Of a stretch of DNA of 50,625 bases, positions 11,312 through 20,587 are shown piece after piece. The notes under the pieces are model-generated. The model had not been told where the DNA came from. It made no database searches and was given only the letters and a program-made list of their open reading frames with translations. The stretch is taken from contig JBQCES010000280.1 of assembly GCA_051960055.1 (NCBI GenBank), positions 1 to 50,625 on the forward strand, in the 5' to 3' direction. The first letter of the stretch is position 1. Each line of letters starts with the position of its first letter. This DNA is from Angustibacter sp. (GTDB lineage Bacteria; Actinomycetota; Actinomycetes; Actinomycetales; Angustibacteraceae). The translations under genes and the position numbers were made by a program.

Positions 11312-11683
11312 ATGAGTGCACTCGAGCTGATGAGACTCATGAACCTCGAGCGGCAGGGATGGAACTCGCTGACCCGGTCCGAGGGCGGGGACTTCTACGG
11401 CCGCCTGATGACCGACGACGCGGTGATGATCCTCGTCAACGGCATGGTGCTCGACCGAGCCACGATCACGGCATCGCTGAACGACTCACCGCCGTGGGAC
11501 TCCTTCGAGCTCACGGACGAGCGGCTCGTGCCAGTCAGTGGCGACGTCGCAGCCCTGGTCTACCGAGCCACCGCCTCCCGGGCCGGCGAGAAGCCCTTCG
11601 TCGCGCTCATGACCAGCGTCTACCGGCGGGTGGACGGCGCACCTCGGCTCGCGCTCTACCAGCAGACGACGATCACCCACTGA
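11312..11683 (+). CDS. NTF2/SnoaL-like (DUF4440) protein
   Basis: LERQGW...MTDDAVM...ALMTSVY...LALYQQT pattern; ~123 aa. Confidence 0.75.
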   Translation: MSALELMRLMNLERQGWNSLTRSEGGDFYGRLMTDDAVMILVNGMVLDRATITASLNDSPPWDSFELTDERLVPVSGDVAALVYRATASRAGEKPFVALMTSVYRRVDGAPRLALYQQTTITH

Positions 11684-12369
11684 TGCCACAGGACGTCGCG
11701 CACCACGACTGGTTCATCGAGCCGCGCGAGATCGACCGGCACGTGTCGCGCCGGGGCCGCGCGCACGCCTACGAGCACCTCGACCCCCGGACGACGGCAC
11801 TGGTCGTCGTGGACCTCGTGCCCTTCTTCGTCGACGAGTCCGCGTACGTCCGTGGCATGGTCCCGACCATCAACCGGCTGGCCACCCACCTGCGAGCGCA
11901 CGGCGGAACGGTCGCCTGGGTAGTTCCGCGCACCCAGCCGCCGACCCCGGTGACCCGTGAGTTCTACGGCGACCGCGTCGCCGAGCTGTACGCCGGCTCG
12001 GGAGGCGAAGGCCCACCGCGCCAACGACTTTGGCCAGGCCTCGACGTCGATCCCACTGACGTCGTCGCCGACAAGTCAGGCCCGAGCGCCTTCTTCCCCG
12101 GCACCTGCGATCTCCACGACGAGCTGACCACACGTGGCATCACCACGCTGCTGGTCACCGGCACCGTCACCAACGTGTGCGTCGAGTCCACGGTCCGCGA
12201 CGCGGCTGCGCTCGACTACCGGGTCGTGCTGGTCGCCGACGCCTGCGCCGCCGTTCGCGACCAGGACCACAACGCGACTCTGCACGTGGTCTACCGCAGC
12301 TTCGGCGACGTGCGATCCGCCCACGACGTCATCGGTCTCCTCGACGCCGACCGGCCGTCACCTACCTGA
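11683..12369 (+). CDS. isochorismatase-family cysteine hydrolase
   Basis: TALVVVD, K.gpSAF, GTVTNVCVESTVRDA (D-K-C triad); TGATG coupling. Confidence 0.85.
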   Translation: MPQDVAHHDWFIEPREIDRHVSRRGRAHAYEHLDPRTTALVVVDLVPFFVDESAYVRGMVPTINRLATHLRAHGGTVAWVVPRTQPPTPVTREFYGDRVAELYAGSGGEGPPRQRLWPGLDVDPTDVVADKSGPSAFFPGTCDLHDELTTRGITTLLVTGTVTNVCVESTVRDAAALDYRVVLVADACAAVRDQDHNATLHVVYRSFGDVRSAHDVIGLLDADRPSPT

Positions 12370-12418
12370 GCGCAGCTCGAGGTGCCTGGGCGCCGGCCCG
12401 TTGCTACGTTCGCGCGCG

Positions 12419-12835
12419 ATGACGGCCGCCGGCACGGCCGCGAACAGGGGGAACCACGTCAAGTCGACGGCCACGGACGGCGACGAGACCGTCGTCAGCC
12501 TGCGCGCAGACATCCTGTTCGCCTTCGGTCGTGCCGACCTACCTGCCGCGGCGGCCGCGAAGATCGGTGATGTGCTCACCACGGTGCCCCAGCGAGCGAG
12601 TCGGAAGGTCTACGGCCACACCGACTCGGTGGGCGACGACGCGCACAACAGCGCCCTCTCGCTCGCTCGGGGCAAGGCGGTCGCAGCACTCGTGCGCCGA
12701 GCGCGGCCGGACCTGACGCTCGACGTCCGTGGGTTCGGTGAGAGTCGGCCGGTCGAGCCCAACACCCGCGGCGGCAAGGACAACCCCGAGGGTCGCGCCG
12801 CGAACCGTCGCGTCGGGCTGCGCTACTCCCGCTGA
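12419..12835 (+). CDS. stand-alone OmpA-C-like peptidoglycan-binding domain protein (possibly truncated)
   Basis: DILFAFG, GHTDSVG, N..LSLARG, GFGESRP, GRAANRRV; no signal peptide. Confidence 0.7.
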   Translation: MTAAGTAANRGNHVKSTATDGDETVVSLRADILFAFGRADLPAAAAAKIGDVLTTVPQRASRKVYGHTDSVGDDAHNSALSLARGKAVAALVRRARPDLTLDVRGFGESRPVEPNTRGGKDNPEGRAANRRVGLRYSR

Positions 12836-12896
12836 GTGCCCCGGACTGTCGGACCTCGGTGGTTCGCTCGTCTGAGTCGCGAGCCGAGGAGCACCC

Positions 12897-13265
12897 ATGG
12901 ACTTCAAGATCGAGCTCATCCCGCTGGCCGTCGCGGACGTCGACCGCTCGGTCGCCTTCTACGGCGACCGGGTCGCCTGGAATGTCGACCACGACGTGAC
13001 GGTGCATGCCGGCCTGCGGTTCGTGCAGGTCACTCCCCCTGGATCGGCCTGCTCCTTCTGCTTCGGCATCGGACTGGAGATGATGCCGCCGGGATCCCAG
13101 CAGTTCATACAGGTGGTCGTCGAGGACGCCGACGCGGCGTGCGCCTACCTGCGCGAGCGGGGGGTGACGTGCCCCGACGTCGAGGAGCTGGCGTGGGGCC
13201 GGTTCGTTCGATTCGACGATCCGGACGGTAACCGCTGGGCGTTGCAGCAGATCGTCCGCAGCTGA
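12897..13265 (+). CDS. VOC/glyoxalase family protein
   Basis: VADVDRSVAFY, VQVTPPGS, WGRFVRFDDPDGNRW. Confidence 0.88.
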   Translation: MDFKIELIPLAVADVDRSVAFYGDRVAWNVDHDVTVHAGLRFVQVTPPGSACSFCFGIGLEMMPPGSQQFIQVVVEDADAACAYLRERGVTCPDVEELAWGRFVRFDDPDGNRWALQQIVRS

Positions 13266-13300
13266 CCTCCGCCGCGCGCGAGTGACGTGGGCAACACCTC

Positions 13301-13328
13301 CTCAACCCCCCACGTCGTCTGCCGATAC
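13301..13328 (+). promoter_or_regulatory. sigma28 (FliA/WhiG)-type promoter
   Basis: CTCA (13301) - N16 - GCCGATAC (13321), ~105 bp upstream of the chemoreceptor. Confidence 0.65.
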
Positions 13329-13432
13329 AGCCAACGTCGCCAACCTGTGCGATATCACATATCTGCGGGCTGGCCCGCAACCGTCGGGACGCCGCAGTCG
13401 GGGGCAGGCGACCTAGAGAGCTGAGGAACTCC

Positions 13433-15058
13433 GTGTCCACCACCCAGGTGAGCGGCGCCGTTGCCGCGCAGGGGCGCCGCTCGGGCGTCATGCACGTGGT
13501 GCGCGACCTGCGCATCGGCATCAAGATCACCGCTGTGCTCGGAGTGCTTCTGCTGGTGGCGCTCGTCATCGGGTTCACGGGCTACTCCGCCGTCCGCAGC
13601 TTGGGCGGGGTGCGTGATGCTGAGGTCGGGCGCGAGGTGCCGTACCTGCAGGCGCTCTACACCATCCGGCTCACCGCCAAGTCGATGGCGAACGACGAGC
13701 GAGGTGCCCTGCTCACCGGCGAGGCATCCTACGGTGAGGAGGTCGCCAAGCGGGAGAGCAAGCTGCAGGACACGATCGCCACGGCTGGCCGTCTCGCCCC
13801 TGCCGGGCAGGCGCGTCAGCAGTTCGATCAGGGTGTCGAGCAGCTCCGCGCCTGGACCACCGTGGTCGACCAAGTGCTCAAGCTGCGGGCCACGAACCCG
13901 GCAGCGGCCACCCAGTTGGCCCTGACCAAGAGCCGTGACCTGCGCAAGGTGTACGAGGACACCTTCGACGAGGTCACTACAGAGGCAGAGAAGTCCCTCA
14001 CGCGCGGTACGGAGTTCCACGACGGCGTCAAGCGCTCGCAGACGACCCTCGTGGTGACGGTCGGCGTCGGGGTGCTGCTCGCGCTGCTGGCCGGCTGGGT
14101 GCTGATCCGCAACATCGTGCCCCGGCTGAAGCGGCAGGCGGAGACGCTCAGCGCGGTCGCGACCGGTGATCTGACCGTGTCGGTGCCCGACTCCAGCCGC
14201 GACGAGATCGGCGCCATGGCGGCGGCCCTCAACACGGCCACCGGCTCGGTCGGAGAGGTCGTGCAGGCGATCCGCCTGAACGCGACCGACCTCGCTGCGG
14301 CCGCGGCCCAGCTGACGGCGACCTCGCACGCGATCGCCGCGTCCGCCGACGAGTCCGCCGCGCAGGCCGGCGTCGTGTCCGCCGCCGCCGAGCAGGTCTC
14401 CCGCAACTCCCAGACGGTCGCGGCCGGCACCGAGGAGATGTCGGCGTCGATCCGCGAGATCGCTCACCAGGCCACCAGCGCGGCGGGTGTCGCGGCGCAG
14501 GCCGTCGGTGTGGCCACGGCGACCAACGCCACGATGGCCAAGCTCAACGAGTCCTCCACCGAGATCGGCAACGTCATCAAGGTGATCACCTCGATCGCCG
14601 AGCAGACCAACCTGCTGGCGCTCAACGCCACCATCGAGGCGGCACGAGCCGGCGAGGCCGGCAAGGGCTTCGCGGTCGTGGCGGGCGAGGTCAAGGAGCT
14701 GGCTCAGGAGACCAGCAAGGCCACCGACGACATCGGGCGCCGCATCGAGACGATCCAGGCCGACACCGAGGCGGCCGTCGCGGCGATCGGCGAGATCACC
14801 GAGATCATCACCCGCATCAACGACACCCAGGTCACCATCGCCTCCGCCGTCGAGGAGCAGACCGCCACCACCAACGAGATGAGCCGCAACGTCGCCGAGG
14901 CCGCCACCGGCTCCGGCGAGATCGCGCAGAACATCACGGTGATGGCCCAGTCCGCCGCCGACACCAGCGGCAGCGCCTCCGCGACGCTCGTCGCCACCGA
15001 GCAGCTGCGGCGGATGTCCACCGAGCTCGAGGAGCAGGTCTCGCGCTTCCGGGTCTGA
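13433..15058 (+). CDS. methyl-accepting chemotaxis protein
   Basis: Two TM helices around a helical sensor domain, HAMP (DEIG), signalling tip [30 protein letters not shown]. Confidence 0.96.
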   Translation: MSTTQVSGAVAAQGRRSGVMHVVRDLRIGIKITAVLGVLLLVALVIGFTGYSAVRSLGGVRDAEVGREVPYLQALYTIRLTAKSMANDERGALLTGEASYGEEVAKRESKLQDTIATAGRLAPAGQARQQFDQGVEQLRAWTTVVDQVLKLRATNPAAATQLALTKSRDLRKVYEDTFDEVTTEAEKSLTRGTEFHDGVKRSQTTLVVTVGVGVLLALLAGWVLIRNIVPRLKRQAETLSAVATGDLTVSVPDSSRDEIGAMAAALNTATGSVGEVVQAIRLNATDLAAAAAQLTATSHAIAASADESAAQAGVVSAAAEQVSRNSQTVAAGTEEMSASIREIAHQATSAAGVAAQAVGVATATNATMAKLNESSTEIGNVIKVITSIAEQTNLLALNATIEAARAGEAGKGFAVVAGEVKELAQETSKATDDIGRRIETIQADTEAAVAAIGEITEIITRINDTQVTIASAVEEQTATTNEMSRNVAEAATGSGEIAQNITVMAQSAADTSGSASATLVATEQLRRMSTELEEQVSRFRV

Positions 15059-15070
15059 CAGCGGCGTGAG

Positions 15071-15108
15071 GCCGGACGCCGCGCACACGGGAGCGCGCGG
15101 CGTCCGGC
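15071..15108 (+). terminator. stem-loop after MCP gene
   Basis: 14-bp perfect inverted repeat GCCGGACGCCGCGC / GCGCGGCGTCCGGC. Confidence 0.65.
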
Positions 15109-15165
15109 GCGTCGCGATCGGTCTGGTTACTCTTGAGTAGGCAGGGGCTGCCCAGGAGGTCCACC

Positions 15166-15999
15166 GTGGTGAGCTTGACGAGCGCGACCCTGCACGGGCA
15201 CGCCCTGTCGTACGTCGACAGCGGGCGCGGCCCCGCCGTCCTGTTCATCCACGGCCTGTTGGGCTCGCACCGCAACTGGACCCACCTCGTCGAGGCGCTG
15301 GACCACGAGCACCGGGTGATCGTCCCCGACCTCTTCGGGCACGGTATGTCCGACAAGCCCCGCGGCGACTACTCGATCGGCGCCCACGCCGCCACCCTGC
15401 GCGACCTGCTCGACCGCCTCGACGTCGACCGGGTCACTCTGGTCGGTCACTCGCTGGGCGGCGGTATCGCGATGCAGTTCTGCTACCTGTTCCCCGAGCG
15501 GGTCGACCGCCTCGCGCTGGTCGCCAGTGGCGGGCTCGGCCGCACGGTCAGCCCACTGCTGCGCTCGGCCACGCTGCCCGGCGCCGAGTGGGTGCTGCCC
15601 GTGCTCGCCTCGCCGTGGGTGCGCGGCAGCGTCGACACGGTGGGGCGAGCGCTGTCGCTCACCGGCTGGCGCGCCGGCGCCGACGCGCGCATCGCCTGGG
15701 AGAGCTTCGCGTCGCTGTCGGACGCCGAGAGCCGGCGCGCGTTCCTGGCCACCACCCGGGCGGTGATCGACGCCGGTGGCCAGTCCATCAGCGCGCACGA
15801 CCGGCTCGCCGAGGCCATCACCGTGCCGACGCTGGTGGTGTGGGGGGCCCGCGACCGGCTGATCCCCGCCGGCCACGCCGAGCGCGCCCGCAGCGCCTTC
15901 ACCGATGTGCGCGTCGAGGTCTTCGAGAGCGCCGGGCACTTCCCGCACCTGGAGGAGCCCGAGCGGTTCGCGGCGGTGCTCAGCGACTTCATGACCTGA
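15166..15999 (+). CDS. alpha/beta fold hydrolase
   Basis: FIHG, DLFGHG, GHSLGG nucleophile elbow, GHFPHLEEP; RBS AGGAGG. Confidence 0.9.
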   Translation: MVSLTSATLHGHALSYVDSGRGPAVLFIHGLLGSHRNWTHLVEALDHEHRVIVPDLFGHGMSDKPRGDYSIGAHAATLRDLLDRLDVDRVTLVGHSLGGGIAMQFCYLFPERVDRLALVASGGLGRTVSPLLRSATLPGAEWVLPVLASPWVRGSVDTVGRALSLTGWRAGADARIAWESFASLSDAESRRAFLATTRAVIDAGGQSISAHDRLAEAITVPTLVVWGARDRLIPAGHAERARSAFTDVRVEVFESAGHFPHLEEPERFAAVLSDFMT

Positions 16000-16031
16000 A
16001 CGACCTGACCGACCTGACCGACCTGAACGAC
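15993..16031 (+). repeat. 4 x 9-bp tandem repeat GACCTGA(A/C)C
   Basis: Units at 15993, 16002, 16011, 16020. Confidence 0.75.
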
Positions 16032-16033
16032 AG

Positions 16034-16079
16034 CGCAGAAGTGGCCCACCCGGACGCTGCCGGATGGGCCACTTCTGCG
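16034..16079. terminator. bidirectional stem-loop between convergent genes
   Basis: CGCAGAAGTGGCCCA ... TGGGCCACTTCTGCG inverted repeat. Confidence 0.7.
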
Positions 16080-16089
16080 ATCTGGACGC

Positions 16090-16899
16090 TCAGCTCTTCG
16101 GCGGAGTGAACTTCTTCGCGGCCGTCTTCTTGGCGGCGGCCGACCCGGGCTTGTCGGCGCTCGGCTCGGTGGGGCGCGGAGCGTCGTCCGACGTCGTGGT
16201 GGACGACGAGTCGGCCTTCTCGCCGGACTCCTCACCTGCGGACTCGGCGATCGCCTCCGCCGCAGCCGCCGAGTCGGGCGTCAGGCCCGTGACCTCAGCC
16301 TCACCGGGCCCGGCCGCGTCGAGCGAGCTGCTCGCCGCGCCCGTCCCGAGCGCCGACGAGGTCGACGACGAGGCGCTCGACCCGAACGAGGACGTCGACG
16401 GGTAGCTGCCGGCAGGCACCGCCCAGGGGTCCTCGCGCGGCTGCTGCTTCTTGAACACCGCCACCGCGGCACCCACCGCCGCGACGAGGGCCGAGAAGAG
16501 GAGCAGCTTGCGACCGCGGCGCTTGGGCTTGGCCACCGCGTCGCCCTTGAGCACGGCCACCGCGTCCCCGCTGCGGGCCTTGACGACGGCGCCGGTCGCG
16601 GCCGCCCCAGCACCGGCGGCGGCTGCGGCGTTCACGGCCTCGACCAGGCGCGGAAGCAGGTCGTCCACGATCTTGTCGCGTGCGGCGTCGACCGCGGGAC
16701 TGACCTTGTCGACCGCGGCCTCCACCTTGGGTGCGGCGGCCTCCAGGCCCCGCTCGACGTGCGGCGTCGCCCAGTCCTTGGCGTCGCGCGCCTTCTCAGC
16801 GACGACGGGCGCGACCTTCTCGCGCAGGTGGTGGCTGGCCGTCGAGGCGGCGTCCTGGACCTGGGCCTTGGCCTGGTCCGCGCGGCTCTTCCTGAACAC
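16090..16899 (-). CDS. DUF5324-like membrane protein
   Basis: GTG 16899 with GGAGGG RBS; Ala-rich helical N-terminus, KPKRRGRK + TM helix, EDPW; divergent from ppiA. Confidence 0.6.
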   Translation of the reverse strand: MFRKSRADQAKAQVQDAASTASHHLREKVAPVVAEKARDAKDWATPHVERGLEAAAPKVEAAVDKVSPAVDAARDKIVDDLLPRLVEAVNAAAAAGAGAAATGAVVKARSGDAVAVLKGDAVAKPKRRGRKLLLFSALVAAVGAAVAVFKKQQPREDPWAVPAGSYPSTSSFGSSASSSTSSALGTGAASSSLDAAGPGEAEVTGLTPDSAAAAEAIAESAGEESGEKADSSSTTTSDDAPRPTEPSADKPGSAAAKKTAAKKFTPPKS

Positions 16900-17055
16900 G
16901 TGCCCTCCCTGAGGTGATCGTGGGTCAGCGACGTCAGGCCGGTGAGCAGCCCGTCGCGCCGCACCACCCATCCTGCACTGATCTTGGCCCGCGCGCGCCC
17001 CGAGCGGACCGGTGCACCGTGCGGAGCCCGGCACGCGGCGTGCCAAGATGGCCGC

Positions 17056-17580
17056 ATGAACGTCACGCTGCACACGAACAAGGGCGACATCAACGTCACG
17101 CTCTTCCCCGACCACGCGCCCAACACCGTGCGCAACTTCGTCGGGCTCGCCGACGGCACGAAGGAGTGGAAGGACGCCGACACCGGCGAGACGAAGACCG
17201 AGCCGTTCTACGACGGCCTGACCTTCCACCGGATCATCCCCCGCTTCATGATCCAGGGCGGCTGCCCGCGCGGCGACGGCCGTGGCGGCCCCGGCTACAC
17301 CTTCGACGACGAGATCCACCCCGAGCTGAGCTTCACCAAGCCGTACCTGCTGGCCATGGCCAACGCCGGCAAGGTGGGCGGCAAGGGCACCAACGGGTCG
17401 CAGTTCTTCATCACCGTCGAGCCGACCACCTGGCTGCAGGGCAAGCACACCATCTTCGGTGAGGTCGCCGACCAGCCGAGCCGCGACGTGGTCGACGCCA
17501 TCGTCGCCGTGCCCACCGGCCCGGGCGACGCCCCGATCGACCCCGTGGTCATCGAGCGCGTCACCGTCGACGCCGGCTGA
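17056..17580 (+). CDS. ppiA: cyclophilin peptidyl-prolyl cis-trans isomerase
   Basis: FHRII..FMIQGG, LAMANAG, NGSQFFIT, HTIFG. Confidence 0.95.
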   Translation: MNVTLHTNKGDINVTLFPDHAPNTVRNFVGLADGTKEWKDADTGETKTEPFYDGLTFHRIIPRFMIQGGCPRGDGRGGPGYTFDDEIHPELSFTKPYLLAMANAGKVGGKGTNGSQFFITVEPTTWLQGKHTIFGEVADQPSRDVVDAIVAVPTGPGDAPIDPVVIERVTVDAG

Positions 17581-17610
17581 CCCGAGCCCTGAGGACGAGG
17601 CGGCCGCCCG

Positions 17611-18489
17611 GTGAGCGACGCGATGCTGCCGGGCGGTGCGCCGTCCGAGACCGGCTCGGAGCCGGTGTGCCCCCGTCACCCCGACCGCGTGAGCTACGTG
17701 CGGTGCCAGCGGTGCGAGCGTCCGGTGTGCCCGGAGTGCCAGCGTCCCGCAGCCGTGGGCGTCTAGTGCGTCGACTGCGTGCGTGAGCAGGCGCGCACCG
17801 TGCGGCAGGGGCGCACGGTGTACGGCGGGCGAGCGCGTGGCGGCAGCCCACTCGTCACGCTGGGTCTGATCGGCGCCTGCGTCGTCGTCTTCCTGCTGCA
17901 GCTCGTGCCGGGCAGCGGCGTCACCCAGCGCTTCGCGTTCGCGCCGGTGCTGGCCGACGTCGAGCCCTGGCGATTCGTCACGTCGGCCTTCCTGCACTCC
18001 ACCGGCTTCCTGCCGCACATCGCCTTCAACATGCTGGTGCTGTACCAGGTGGGGCCGTACCTCGAGGAGCGACTCGGGCGGCTGCGGTTCCTCGCGCTCT
18101 ACCTCGTGAGTGCGATCGGTGGGTCGGTCGGCTTCCTGGCGCTCGCCAACCCGGCCAACCCGTTCTCGTGGAACGCCGGCGTCGTCGGCGCCTCGGGTGC
18201 GGTGTTCGGGCTCTTCGGTGCGCTCGTGGTGGTGCAGCGGCATCTCGGCGGCACCAACCAGGGCCTGCTCGTGATGATCGGGCTGAACTTCTTCCTCGGC
18301 TTCGTCATCCCCAACGTCGCCTGGCAGGGACACCTGGGCGGCCTGGTCACCGGCGCGCTCATGGGGCTGGTGATGGTGGCGCCCGTGCCGCGCCATCGGC
18401 CCCTCGTGCAGCTTGCCGGGACGATCGGCGTGCTGCTGCTGCTGACCGGCGTCAGCCTGTGGAAGCTGTCCACAGCCGTCGGCGTCTGA
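17611..18489 (+). CDS. rhomboid intramembrane serine protease with N-terminal Zn finger; in-frame TAG at 17764
   Basis: CPRHPDR..CQRCERPVCPEC..AAVGV*CVDC continues in frame into WRFVTS, GASG and GHLGG motifs. Confidence 0.85.
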
Positions 18490-18552
18490 CCGCACCTCGA
18501 GCGTGCCGCGCAGGCGGGGTTATCCACAGGACTTTCCCCAGCCTGGGGATGG
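18466..18552. promoter_or_regulatory. DnaA-box cluster
   Basis: TTATCCACA 18520-18528 (perfect), CTGTCCACA 18466-18474, degenerate CTTTCCCCA 18532 and TGGGGATGG 18544 at 3-bp spacing. Confidence 0.7.
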
Positions 18553-18676
18553 AATCACACCCGTGTAATCAGGTCCGACTGGGGAAGATCACTCCAACCC
18601 ACGGTTGGTGCGGGGGCACCCCACTCCAATAGGTCTGGAGCAGGGTGCCACCGCGCCAACAGACGGGAGAGGTCGC

Positions 18677-18925
18677 TCAGCGCCAGCGGGTCGACATCAT
18701 GAAGCCCGCCATGATCACGCCGAAGCCGATCACGACGTTCCACGGGCCGAGCGCCCCGAGGGGGTACTGGCTCTGGCTCAGGTAGAACACGACGATGTAG
18801 ACGAGCCCGATGACCATCAGCGCCACCATCACGGGCGCCCACCACGACGGGCTCTGCTTCTTGCCCGTCGAGCGCTGCGGCGGGGGGGTGTAGTCGGGCT
18901 TCTTACGGGCCCTCGACTCGGGCAC
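18677..18925 (-). CDS. crgA: cell division protein CrgA
   Basis: MPESRARKK...SPSWWAPVM, two TM helices, GPWN, C-terminal TRWR; synteny. Confidence 0.93.
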   Translation of the reverse strand: MPESRARKKPDYTPPPQRSTGKKQSPSWWAPVMVALMVIGLVYIVVFYLSQSQYPLGALGPWNVVIGFGVIMAGFMMSTRWR

Positions 18926-18964
18926 AGTGACTCCTAGGGTCGGCTGGTCGTCTAGCGTAGTGGG

Positions 18965-19723
18965 GTGCTCACCGCCCTGCGAAGACTGCGGCTCTCGCGG
19001 TGGGGTGTCGCCGTGCCGATCGTGTTCGCCCTGGCCGGCCTGCTCGCCACCACCAGCGCCCAGACGGCGCGTGGCACCGACCTGCGCTCGGAGGGGCGCA
19101 CCGACACCGCCGACCTGATCCGCGAGCAGCAGCACCGCGCCGAGGTGCAGGAACGCGACGTCGCCCAGCTGCGTGACCAGGTCGAGCAGCTGTCGAAGCA
19201 GGCCGCCCCCGCCGGCTCGGAGCTCGAGCGGCTCACCGAGCGCGCGGCGGAGCTGGCGCCGGCCGCCGGCACCGTCCCCGTGCGCGGCCCGGCGCTGCGG
19301 GTCGAGCTGAACGACGCCACCCACGACGGCACCGTGCCCGACGGCTTCGAGCCCGACGACCTGGTCGTGCACCAGCAGGATGTGCAGGCCGTCGTCAACG
19401 CGCTGTGGAGCGCCGGCGCCGAGGCGATGATGCTCATGGACCAGCGGGTGATCTCGACCAGCGCCGTGCGCTGCGTGGGCAACGTGCTGATCCTGCAGGA
19501 CCGCGTCTACTCCCCGCCGTACCGGATCACGGCGATCGGCGACGTGTCGGCGATGGAGCGCGCGCTCGAGAACTCCGAGGCGCTGCAGATCTACCGCCAG
19601 TACGTCGACGCCGTCGGGCTGGGCTACAAGGTGCAGCGGCTCGGCACGGTGCGGATGCCGGGCTACGAGGGTTCCCTTCTCATGCAGCGCGCCACGGTGG
19701 TTCATCAAGCGGTGGTGCGGTGA
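18965..19723 (+). CDS. DUF881 family protein
   Basis: VVHQQDVQAVVNALWSAGAEAM...CVGNVL; divergent from crgA. Confidence 0.9.
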   Translation: MLTALRRLRLSRWGVAVPIVFALAGLLATTSAQTARGTDLRSEGRTDTADLIREQQHRAEVQERDVAQLRDQVEQLSKQAAPAGSELERLTERAAELAPAAGTVPVRGPALRVELNDATHDGTVPDGFEPDDLVVHQQDVQAVVNALWSAGAEAMMLMDQRVISTSAVRCVGNVLILQDRVYSPPYRITAIGDVSAMERALENSEALQIYRQYVDAVGLGYKVQRLGTVRMPGYEGSLLMQRATVVHQAVVR

Positions 19724-20418
19724 ACGCACTGCGCGCGGCCGCCCGTGGCCTGGGTGAGCTGCTGGTGACGCTGGGCGTCGTGCTGCTGCTCTTCCTCGTC
19801 TGGCAGCTGTGGTGGACCGACGTCACCGCTGGCCGGGTGCAGGACCAGCTGACGCACCAGCTGCAGAGCTCCTGGCAGCCGCCGCCGCGCACCGGCCCGA
19901 CACCCACGGCCGTGACGACCACTGCGAACGACGAGCCGCCACTGGAACTCGCGGACGGCAAGGCCTTCGCCCTCATCCACATCCCGCGGTTCGGCCGGAG
20001 CTACGTCCGCCCGATCATCCAGGGTGTCGAGCTTCCCGTGCTCGACCGGGGTGTCGGCCACTACCCCGGCTCGGCCGACCCGGGTGCCGTGGGCAACTTC
20101 GCCATCGCCGGGCACCGCGTGACCTACGGCAAGCCGTTCAACGAGATCGCCGAGCTGCGTCCCGGCGACCCGGTGGTCGTCGAGACGCGCACAACGTGGT
20201 TCGTCTACCGCGTGCAGCGCCATGAGATCGTGACTCCCGACCGGGTCGAGGTCATCGCGCCGGTGCCGGAGCACCCGACCGCGACCCCGACTGAGCGCAT
20301 CATGACCATGACGGCGTGCCACCCCATGTACTCCGCGCGCGAGCGCTACGTGGTCTTCAGCCGGCTGGAGAGTCGGCTGCCCAAGACCGCGGGCGTCGTG
20401 CCCGACGTCCTGAAGTGA
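19720..20418 (+). CDS. srtE: class E sortase
   Basis: N-terminal TM GELLVTLG, GNFAIAGHR, catalytic MTACHP...R. Confidence 0.9.
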   Translation: MNALRAAARGLGELLVTLGVVLLLFLVWQLWWTDVTAGRVQDQLTHQLQSSWQPPPRTGPTPTAVTTTANDEPPLELADGKAFALIHIPRFGRSYVRPIIQGVELPVLDRGVGHYPGSADPGAVGNFAIAGHRVTYGKPFNEIAELRPGDPVVVETRTTWFVYRVQRHEIVTPDRVEVIAPVPEHPTATPTERIMTMTACHPMYSARERYVVFSRLESRLPKTAGVVPDVLK

Positions 20419-20428
20419 GGAGACTCGC

Positions 20429-20587
20429 GTGTACGGCTGGATCTGGCACCACCTGCCCGGCCCGGTGGCGGTGCGAGCGCTGCTCAGCGTCGTCCTCCTC
20501 GGCGCGGTGGTGGCGCTGCTCTTCGGCTGGGTCTTCCCCGCGGTGGCGCCGTACGTGCCCTTCAACGACGGGACGGTGAACCAGTGA
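20429..20587 (+). CDS. small membrane protein (52 aa), not in ORF track
   Basis: MYGWIWHHLPGPVAVRALLSVVLLGAVVALLFGWVFPAVAPYVPFNDGTVNQ; GAGGAG RBS; GTGA overlap with next gene. Confidence 0.75.
   Translation: MYGWIWHHLPGPVAVRALLSVVLLGAVVALLFGWVFPAVAPYVPFNDGTVNQ

Noticed and set aside
13330-13432. c-di-GMP riboswitch in the MCP leader
   Set aside because: Only a GGGACGC fragment resembles it; the GCAAA/GNRA architecture is not evident. An Infernal/Rfam scan would settle it.
15993-16080. CRISPR array
   Set aside because: Repeats are 9 bp, contiguous and spacer-less; no cas genes in the window.
18466-18660. oriC
   Set aside because: Too few boxes, no AT-rich unwinding element, and not next to dnaA/dnaN, which should lie upstream of gyrB.
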